From a virus, in the IMG/VR virus record IMGVR_UViG_3300032249_000861, positions 46,026 through 110,025 of that record: a stretch of 64,000 nucleotides of DNA; one strand, 5' to 3'. Within the stretch, counting starts at the first letter, position 1; each line of letters opens with the position of its first letter. This document shows, one piece after another, positions 43,001-52,400 of the stretch. Made by a program: the position numbers and the translations under genes. The notes below the pieces were generated by a model. The model searched no databases and was not told the origin of the DNA. It worked only from the letters and a program-made list of their open reading frames with translations.

Positions 43001-46000
43001 TTTGCAAGAGGCTAAAAGAACTACTTGTTCAGATACTTATGTTTTTCCATCATTAGACACTTCGTCATTATCTACTTCTGAATATATCGTAATTAATCAA
43101 AAGGGCCAACAAACAGCGACTCATGGTTTTGTTACTAGTGCTGGAGGAACGTTCGGTGCAATATCATTAAGTAATGCGTTAAATTCTTATAATGCTTGGG
43201 GTGAACAGCTTAAAACAATAAATTCCGAGGGAACAACGGTAGCACTAACAAAATCCAAGGTATATATACCTACTACAGTAGAAGAAGACTATATTTTCTT
43301 AGATCCTATCAACAGAGAGTATGCTAAAATACTTATTGATTCTCCAGGATTGAGTTTGTATTTATCTAGCGAAGAAAATGCTAAAGATCCTAATAGAACA
43401 GTTATCTCTAATGTTGCCTCAGAGGATCTGATTGTTTATTTAAAAACTCATAATGTTTATGATTATGATTGGATAAGATACATGTTGAGCTATATCGTCC
43501 CCATGAGTCCTACTAATGCTATTTTGGGCGGAGACATGTTATATGGTACTCTTGCTGCTAGTAGCAATACTACAGCCAACAATGTTGAACTGGCACCCAA
43601 AGCTGCTCATCCATTCTTTGCAGCAATACCTATAAAGTCTAATGTCTGTGTTTATGGTCCATGGACTAATTATCCAAATATACGAGGAGTAGATATTTTC
43701 CCCAATAGTACTACTGTTGAGCAAAATACTACAGTCTCTCCAATAACATGCACACCATCGTCTTTTGTTACAACTGCAGAAGCAGCAAAAAAAGCAATCA
43801 ATAATATGATTACTTCTGTAGAAATTGATGTTCAAGAAGATTTTGTTCCATGGAATTATGGTGGAATGTATAGTCTAGATATTGCTGCATTTAAAGAAAT
43901 TGAGACAAAAATAAACTATCAGTCCATAATAGAGACCGCACAAATAGAAATGCCAGGACTTCCATTGTTTAGTCTTGGTGGATCTTTTGTTTATGCTAAT
44001 CTTAATTTAAATTATCAAGCATTAACAACTAGGAATATCTCATATACTGCAAGAAATTATACTCCTTCTGTTTTGGTTGATTTAACATATGCCGGTGGTG
44101 GTTTGGTTTATAATCCTAATTCTATTAACGATAATGCATTCACATATTCTGTTGTAGACCTTAAACCAAATGCTAATACTGTTCAAGGTCCAATTATTAC
44201 TAGTATTCAAACATCAATTGGACAACAGGGCATTAGTACAACTTATACTTTTAGAACATATACTAGAAAAATTGGACTATTTAATAAAGAAGAAAATGAT
44301 CGAATGAAAAAATTAGCTAAAATAAATATACAACGAAATAAGCAAATAGCTAATCTTCATACGCAAATGCAAAATGTTAAGCAACAACAGCTTAAATTCA
44401 TGACCGACGAAAGACTTAACAAGGCAGAATTTGGTAGTAGTGACTTATCTTCTAAGCTATATGGTTGGAGTCCTAGTATGGTAATTATTGGACAAGCAAG
44501 ACCTTATATTGAAGAACCATTAAGAACTCCTAAGTATATTGAAGATTTTACCTTAAATAGTAATCCTGGTGGTCTGGGTACTCAACCAGGAACGCCTACA
44601 AACTGGAGCGTTCCATACGGAAGTGATCAGGGAGATTCATCGTCAGAAAAGAATGGATTTTTGACAGGCACGAACAATGCCAGAACTTTTCTAAAGAGCA
44701 CAGGAAGAATAACATCAACAGTTCAACTATATGAAAGAAAAGAAGTTAATGGACAATTAGACAAAGACTACGGTATGCAATCTGCAATGAGTTTGGACGG
44801 TTTGTTATCTCCAATATCTTTTTATCCAACAGATAGAAATTCTACGTTCAGCTATTCTTTGCATGATACTGGTAGATGTCCATTTTGTAAAGGTACAAAG
44901 GTTAGAAGTGTTGAGACTGTAGAATATTTGTCTAATGGAGCAAAAAATAAAGGAACTATCAACATAACTTGTGATAAGTGTACATATCTTAATAAAAAAT
45001 TAAATGCTGTTTTAAATATTGAAAATGCTGAAGTTCCAATCAATCTTATTACTTTAAATCCTATTATTGTTCCAAAAGGAGAATTTAAAAATAGTAATAG
45101 TCAAAACTATAGTGGTAATCATCCTGATAAATTACATACCGACCTATCTAATGTAGGAGGGTATTTAGGTCAAACACGATATTTTAGAGACAGATTAAGA
45201 CATTGTATAGAAATTGTAGCACGAGGGTCTGTTCCTCAATCAAAAGCAGGATACGCTCTAGAAACTAGTCGGAACGTTAATGAAGCTAGCAGTAATATTA
45301 CTGCTGATAAATATAATTTAGATTATCATAATGAAGATATTATGCTTAGTCATATGAGAAGTAAGTATGGAGACAATAATAATAATACTATAGTTCATGA
45401 AAATAATCAAAGATTTATTGGGTTGCGAGGCCCTCTAGTACTACACTCTTGGGGATATGATCAAGATGGATATCCAGCCCCTAATGCTGCTGATGAACCA
45501 TATCAATTTGACTCTTATGGTCGCCCTATGAGATTTAAGATAAAGATTGTTCGTAATCCAACAACTAAAAAATACAAATCATTAAGTGTTGGAGATGCTT
45601 TTTCGTTATCAACAGAAGCAAACGCAGCTGTTTATGCTAAAACTTTTAATAGTCAATATATTCCAAGTACAGTAACAGATACCACAGATGTCTATCCTGT
45701 AGAACTAACAAATAATCTAAGGCTAGACGGAGGATTTGATCCTGCTCAGGGGTATACTGGAGACATTATTGGTAAAACACAAAAGTGGAATGGTAGTCGC
45801 TGGAGTGAAAAGGTTCTTACCAATGACTTTTATTTAAACTGGGCAGAAAGACCTGATTTATGGAAGGTTGGCCCAGTTGATTTGGTGTGGGACGAAGAAA
45901 GAAGAGTTTGGACAGGGGGTAGTGGAGGGGAGGAGTTGATGCCGCCATATGTTATGACCAATAGTAATGATATTAGTTCATTAGATGACTTTTTAAAGAA

Positions 46001-46457
46001 AAGAAAAAAGAAGAAGGCTTCATACCAGCATATTTATGCAACATTGGAAGAAGATTTAATTAAACAAACAGATTTTGATGAAACATATGCTACAAGAGCT
46101 TTTATCGATGATATAGAATATTCGAAAGACCCATTGCTAAGTGGATATAGGCGCTTAATATATATTAAAGATAAATGTGGATATACTGCTCCAAGAGGAA
46201 CCAAGCTTCTGTGCAGATACAATAGAGTCACGGGATTCTATGAACCAATTAGCAAACCAGTTATTATGGCCAAAGGATCAATTGTTAGTAGCAATAAAGC
46301 AACAATAGAGTTACATTATGTTCAAGGCAGAAGATCAAGTACGGTACCAACAGTTTTAATGGATTATACAAACCCAATGGCGTTTACAACAACTACAAAA
46401 TCAATAGGAATGTTTACGTTTATTAATGGGATGTGGACTTTAATTTCTATCAAATAA
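40044..46457 (+). CDS. Large putative baseplate hub / tail-tip protein with inserted CxxC-CxxC motif
   Basis: 2137 aa, position in the tail module. CPFCKG...CDKC at ~44877-44981. No catalytic motif recognised. Confidence 0.5.
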   Translation: MPTRPCSSEPKQIAQTLFLGASVASYSTNAGWGSQPSQITVNLIEDEVAPKCLPSTNGTPTGQTYNQFAASSHGSEDDHYTTCEGIGCYVDKYSGEAASNTTPVENRILPGKVYYFLDTDGGLKSRYWKKPDPGFFGNSTKIDDNGADQTAGTTTYKYDIIDTPVYFKMGKFTFGGFVQSWSRNLNSGGKQYSVIINGPSAILKSCYVILDKFAGAIFSKATLGNPYYGTPKNYTQANGNVTYDNTDLNRGILPNVFNVYGFLESFGTNNFGGSGKNENGVSLNYVLDALSILTSIAPGTTQGLWATGTTLPRSAFSPFGRIISKCMAKDKANSEIYNTIGTGFSSFGIIPPQVANMGAPNTEGGNRCQFALDLNELIYSDLARTVKRMPDDIRTTGPVMSIMDLIDLVAEKTGQDIFIEMIPTLINGVVTHVIKVRTISRLKQPIPNVIESTIKNMQCNGYHISSNTFGKEKNETPSRAMIIGGQQQRLYQVKSYRLAYSQSNFIYNPKTGTFVNYRVYNQPNSSPSSLTLFNSTNQYGHGKIKTANFCTTRNKPLTDYINANNGFSYHDIVSDEDKIVGTAASFTSGDATWADTNETGSGLDCITGNYSGTIKLRPNASPTPDQDRWIPLYMDTICPFFGFVNDDTATISVNTANSDTNTDSRRIRPVWLDSWTGQINVVINVNELPELNVNLTRANLVGGSFNLPYTVARPIIGPQRVFNNTGSLASLPNSEYFYITESEIRAALAGFDNFLVYCLSKTYKPDLIEMVRRAYFLQTRKKLTDLGVSTTEAEAIAFKETDWYWKLMGGNIGGDSLYPVPISPDKTDGSQYIQEKALQDLKLLHKFVSGVGKHYGKKYMVTAWNLQAYKDESLFGAAFSTTQGYGYVFSGDGKLTYNYTPTNDGAWEEYGNIIDDSIVVGSPEWYSITDEQGKIKPILGYNNNYNFDHVRYAKCMVANNTNFSNTSNEWNQSKANPYFSFNTWLTLQEAKRTTCSDTYVFPSLDTSSLSTSEYIVINQKGQQTATHGFVTSAGGTFGAISLSNALNSYNAWGEQLKTINSEGTTVALTKSKVYIPTTVEEDYIFLDPINREYAKILIDSPGLSLYLSSEENAKDPNRTVISNVASEDLIVYLKTHNVYDYDWIRYMLSYIVPMSPTNAILGGDMLYGTLAASSNTTANNVELAPKAAHPFFAAIPIKSNVCVYGPWTNYPNIRGVDIFPNSTTVEQNTTVSPITCTPSSFVTTAEAAKKAINNMITSVEIDVQEDFVPWNYGGMYSLDIAAFKEIETKINYQSIIETAQIEMPGLPLFSLGGSFVYANLNLNYQALTTRNISYTARNYTPSVLVDLTYAGGGLVYNPNSINDNAFTYSVVDLKPNANTVQGPIITSIQTSIGQQGISTTYTFRTYTRKIGLFNKEENDRMKKLAKINIQRNKQIANLHTQMQNVKQQQLKFMTDERLNKAEFGSSDLSSKLYGWSPSMVIIGQARPYIEEPLRTPKYIEDFTLNSNPGGLGTQPGTPTNWSVPYGSDQGDSSSEKNGFLTGTNNARTFLKSTGRITSTVQLYERKEVNGQLDKDYGMQSAMSLDGLLSPISFYPTDRNSTFSYSLHDTGRCPFCKGTKVRSVETVEYLSNGAKNKGTINITCDKCTYLNKKLNAVLNIENAEVPINLITLNPIIVPKGEFKNSNSQNYSGNHPDKLHTDLSNVGGYLGQTRYFRDRLRHCIEIVARGSVPQSKAGYALETSRNVNEASSNITADKYNLDYHNEDIMLSHMRSKYGDNNNNTIVHENNQRFIGLRGPLVLHSWGYDQDGYPAPNAADEPYQFDSYGRPMRFKIKIVRNPTTKKYKSLSVGDAFSLSTEANAAVYAKTFNSQYIPSTVTDTTDVYPVELTNNLRLDGGFDPAQGYTGDIIGKTQKWNGSRWSEKVLTNDFYLNWAERPDLWKVGPVDLVWDEERRVWTGGSGGEELMPPYVMTNSNDISSLDDFLKKRKKKKASYQHIYATLEEDLIKQTDFDETYATRAFIDDIEYSKDPLLSGYRRLIYIKDKCGYTAPRGTKLLCRYNRVTGFYEPISKPVIMAKGSIVSSNKATIELHYVQGRRSSTVPTVLMDYTNPMAFTTTTKSIGMFTFINGMWTLISIK

Positions 46458-46460
46458 TCA

Positions 46461-49400
46461 ATGCTATCATCTAGACTCGTAGATACAACCGACAAGTGCG
46501 ATATTATTAAAACATCACTAAAAGATGATTTGTATCCATACACAATATCTTCTGACGGCTCTATAATAAATTATAGCAATGGCTCTTCTCTAGTAATAAA
46601 TTATAACCAACTTTCAGCAATAGGAACTTTAGCAAGTCAGTCTTATTCTTCTATTAATACTGACGCCATGGCCGACTGTTGGTTGCCAGTTATCGTAGAT
46701 AGTGACACGTATGTTAGTAATAAGATGCTTTCTGATGATGGTAGTTATGCAAACGCTAATCCCGCTTTATCAAGTGGTAGATTAGGAATAGAGAACTTTT
46801 TATCTTTTACTCCAAGCTTTCGTAATTTCTCTAATGTTGGACAAATGTCTATTGACTGGTTATTAAGTCGTCATAATGTTCCATATGCAGTATATTACGG
46901 AATAATGTGTTGGGTAAGAAGAAATAGCACTTCTAATGTTATGACTATAGGAGGGTCTTCAGCAAAGCTAGAAACTTTTCCAAAAGGCACAAGACTAAAA
47001 CACTCATCAAGACCAAATGATATTTTAATTAAAATTGATAATAATACATTATTTGTTGTTAATAGTCAAAGATATGTTGTGGGTACTTCTATAACGTATA
47101 ACGATGAAAACACTTTTATACTTCAAGCGGGCACAATAACTCCAGATAACTATTCATTAGCAGATAAATCTATTAAAGAAACATGGACAACATTATCTAC
47201 CACAACATCAACAGAGACATTGGACGGCTTTCCAATACAGGGCTTAACAAACAATGTTAGATTGTGGATTCCTGATGGAGATTGTTTTTTTTACTACGAA
47301 TCAGAGCCAGAAAAAATAGTAGCAGAGGCAGCTGGTGTACCAACCAACGGCTTTATTTCGCCTTGCCTAACAAGATATTACACCTCTATATATAGAGTAC
47401 TAACACTTGATCAACCAAGAAGTTTTGCTAAAAAGAATCTGAAAATTTCTAGATGCTATAGAAAAATAGCCCATGCATTGAGTACTAGTCCTTTTATTGG
47501 AGAATTTGCAATAAGAGCATTAGACTGCAAAGACATAAAAGGTATTGTTGATACGTATGTAAGCTCTAGTGCACTATCCCGAGACATTAATCAAGAAAAA
47601 ACTCTTTTAAAAACCGCACTTAAAGATATTAGCTTATACTTACAAAAAACTATTACTACAGGTAATGGAACTTCTAATACCGGTATATATATTGACACAA
47701 AGCCTTCTCCGTATAGTTTAAATAACAATTTAATAGCAAATAAAAGTCAACTGTTTAATAAACTAATTACAAAATATGGCGCTGGGCTATTGATCTCCTC
47801 TTCTTCGACGCTTATAGTTAATAATTCTCTATTTAAAGATAATACTGGCGTTGTTATTACTCAGGCAATGGACTATTATTGTCCCAAAAACACAACCAAT
47901 TCTTTGTTGTTTAATAATCAAAGAATATCCTATGACGGGACAACAATACAAACAGTAATGAGTAGTACAGAGTCTAAGCTTTCTATACAGAATACTATAG
48001 ACAGAGAAGAGACTGTATCAATACCTCTTTATGATATTGCTAAACCAGATATCGATGGTAATAATTCATTAATCTGTCCCACACTACTGTATTTAGGATA
48101 TATCGAGAAACGATATATGTCTAATGATGTATTATATCATCCTCCAAATACATTAATTAATGCCAGTTTGGTATATAAGTATGCTATGAAAACCTCCTCA
48201 TACATTGCTATCGACGGTACTATTAAAGATAATCCGGTATTGATAAAAGGAGAAGAGGCCGGGCCGGAATTAGATGCTATGGATTTACTACTAAATGTAA
48301 GAGATGATGATAGTTTATTATTGCATGAGACATATATAGAAAATCAAATGTCCTTTTACTGGGAAAAGTTATCAGGTCCAGAGGACTGTGAATTTATAGA
48401 AAACAATGGGGGTTTCATAAATAGTGCCAAACCATCTAACACAACAGCCAATAGTAGGTTTATACAGCTAAAAATTAAAAATTCTGGTAAATATGTTGTA
48501 CAATGTACTGTAAACTCTCCTTATGGAACATTTAAAAAACAAAAAACTATATATGTTTATGATGGGGCTGATCTTATAGAAAGGTATAACGACAATGGAG
48601 CACCTGCTACATATGTTCCCAATCCCATGATAAATAAGTGGTATGATGAAAATAATCAAATATGGACTACTGTTCCGGTAATACCAGAAAACGATCCAGA
48701 ATTTCAACCTATTCCTCTTAATAGAGACAAATTAAGAGTTAGATGCAGTAAATTTAGTAGAGTTGCTATTAGTCAAGTGGGCGGAGTATTCGCTCCAATA
48801 AAAACGGGATTTACCGTTAAAGAATTTATTGGAATGGCAGGATCAGCACCTGCTAAAGAGGTTACTAAATTAGATGAGTTATATAAGTTTTCAACAAAAA
48901 AAGCATTTACTCCGACAACATCTGCTAGTTTAAGTATAACATATACTCTAGAATCTAATACTATAGCTAAAATTTTATCAATATATATTGAAAAAGTAAG
49001 GAGTAATGCTACAGGATGCGAACAATGTTATAGTTTATATGAACCCAAATTACGGGCAGAAAAAACTACAGTATTTACAGGATCTAGCAGAGTGAATGCT
49101 GTACGGTACAATCGTATTAATAAATCTCCAGAAGGTTTTTTGTTTTATAAGTACAAGAGCAACATAGATGGAACATCAGCTAATTCGATTGAAACAGTGT
49201 CCTTTGGATATCCGGAAATAACAACAAAAAACTCACCGCCGGTAAAAACATATGGAGGATATAATTTAAGTACTATTAACAGTTTTAATATTCAAAACAA
49301 TATTAATAATACTGTTTATAACTCTATTATTCCTGGTTTACCAACTCCTACTGTTAATGTGGGAGATACCAACTCTATAGCTGCTGCACAACCTTCAACG

Positions 49401-52400
49401 CTACCTCCTGTAACAGGTTTTCCATTAGACGTAGCTAATGACGAAATTCCAGGTAAGCACAAATTATGTTACCAGAGACAATTACCATATGTAGGTGGCG
49501 GACCTATAACATTTAATAAGGGAGTTTTACATCCAAACAGCGGATGGATACCACACACATCTGATGACTACGCCATTCATGCTAATCGTAGTAGTGTTTT
49601 AAAGTTTAACCCAGGCGCTAGAAGTACCTTTAGTTTTATAGGCCCAAAACTATCTAATATTAGTTCAACGTCTGCAAATATTTCTAATAATGTTGTTGAG
49701 CCAAATATCTTATCTAGTTCTATCGATTTGAAAATATCTCCAGGTGTTCAGTGGGATCCAGATTGTGAATGTGCATCTAGCCCGGGTGGCTCGGTACAAA
49801 TGTATAATGATAATCAAAAACATAAAGAATATATTGATACAACAACAAATAGGTCATCTCATGGATATAGATATTTAAATGGTGGACAGCCTAAACCATT
49901 AGAAAGAACAGCACTAACTAATGAAGCAACATATAATGACGAATTTGGAACAGATCAAGATGAGGATACATTCTCATACTCTTTTGCTGTAACTGGTCCA
50001 GCATCGGTACCAGATGAAATTGATGGTGATGACGGTAGAAAACATTTAAGAATTCCAACAGTAAAAGATTTTGGTATTAAAGATATTGAGGTTAAACTAA
50101 ACTTTTTAAACTATGTCAATACTAAAAATCTTGTTATATGGCTTGAAGTTCAGCCCGATGCTTCAGAGTCCAGCTCGCGCAATAGACCAGATAGAAATGG
50201 TATCTACCCTTCACCAATAAGAGCACCCCAAAAGTTTTTAGATCAAACTATTCCACCTACTATGGTATCTGGAACTTCATATCAATCATCTATCAATTCA
50301 TCCCAGTTATATGCAAACATACCTAATAATAAAATAGCAAACTATTTAGATTGCTTACTTAATGCACAGTCAGGTGTGGCTGGTGGACCGCTAAGACTTT
50401 TATTATTGAATCAAGAACACATAGAAAATAACGGATATAATCTTAGTGTTAAATTTACTGATAGTGCTTCTAAATATAATGTTCTATATGATCAAAATCT
50501 TGTAAATGGAACACCAGCAACAAGTGGAACATTCTTTCCTCCTAATCAACTTGCTAATATAGATAAACACCAAAAGATAGTCAGAAATAATGGAATAGTT
50601 AGGCCATCATTAGCTGCCAACTCATACTCAGATAGAGAGTCTTGTGAATTCAGCAAAATATTACGTAATAATAGATTAAATGTTACAGCAGCTAGTTTTA
50701 GCAAATTTAATACCAATACTTTATTCAGAAATATTCTTCCATTACAAGGCCCTTGTCCAGAAAGAGCTCCAAAACAAAAACAAGGAGATTTAGGAGGTGT
50801 TACAAAATTTACTTTAAAAATAATGGTATTAGATGAAACAGACGATATGTCTCCTAACGATACGCTAATCAACAACCAATATCTAACAGGATTAGAGTCT
50901 GCAGAAAAAACACAAAGCTCTACTGATATATTTAACTCTTTATGTAATTGGGAACTAATATTACATGTTGGAGATGTTCCTAAATTCGTTCCTCATACCA
51001 ACCCTAATTTAGCATCTTATGGTAACTGTGACTCTTTATCTTTGTTAGACTATAGTAAGAATTTAAAATATCCAGGGTATAGTTTTATTGCTGATTTAAC
51101 CAATTACCAACATCTATTACCGTTGGCCAATATTGATGCGCCAAATACTGCGATATCAGACACATCTCTTTGCTTAACTACCAAGAATGATCCAATAAGT
51201 AGGGGTTTTGTTGTTAAACCATATGAAAAATTTCCTGACTGGGCGATTGTACAAATTGTAGCGGCGTTATTGCCTGGAACTACTGGTACTCTCATAGGAA
51301 CTGCGATGGTTCCAGGACTTGGCTATGGACAAGGATTTAATGCTATTGTGAGTTGGTTTGGAGAAAGTAGATTTTTAAGCAATTTAGAAGATTCTGGCAG
51401 GCAGATTTTTACGCAGTCTTATACTAAATATCCATTTGGTTCTCCAGAAAAAATTCTACTCAATGTTAAGAAATCAGACTCGTTGTGGTATTCGTTAGAA
51501 GCTACTATAATGAAATATCATAATACTCCACTTCTTCAATTAAAAAAACACAACTATGTTAAGGTTCAAAGAGGAATAAGTAAATATGCTACAGAATTTA
51601 ATTTTGATACCATTAGTGATTACCAAGATCTATTGGATTTAAAAAACATTCCAGAAGTCTCCCTATCCTGTGCTGGGACTTTGCCCTTTCCCCGAGCAAC
51701 TATTACATATCCGACAGCCTCTTATGGTAATTACATTATTAACTATGGTGATTTGGTTAACGTGACTGTAACAGGTTGCCCAGCCCCAAATAATAATGAT
51801 GGTTTGTATGTTGCTCTAGATACTGGATGGAGTAAAATTACTAATCAGTCCATAGGAGACCTAACAAAATCTATATCTTTTCTAAAATATAACTCTGTAT
51901 TAAGTTATAATAATAGCTTATTTTATAATGGGTTAAAAGATGATATAACAGCTTTAAAAGTTATAATTTGCTCAACACGCATACCATATGATATATTTTT
52001 TGTAGGAGATACTGTAGAATGCTATGCAAAGGATGATAGACTATTGTCTTCCGGAGGAAGTATAATAAATCCTAGTATAGTTAAAAAGGGATTAATAAAT
52101 AAAAATAATAAGCTATACTCTGTTTTTGTACTAGACACAGCAATAACCAGCCAAAACACTATCTCTCCAACACCACAGACAAATACATTATTATTATATT
52201 CTAATAATACTACAAGAGAAAATAATATCAATAAAGACTATAATGCTTGGGGGCTTGATTCCAACGGCTATATTAAAGAAACTCCTCCGTATGCAGGGTT
52301 TTCTGCACATAGTGTTGGCTCTTATGGAAACGTTTCTCCTTTCGTGAATAAAAACTTATTAGATAAAAATTTTAGATATAATTCATTACAACCAACACAT

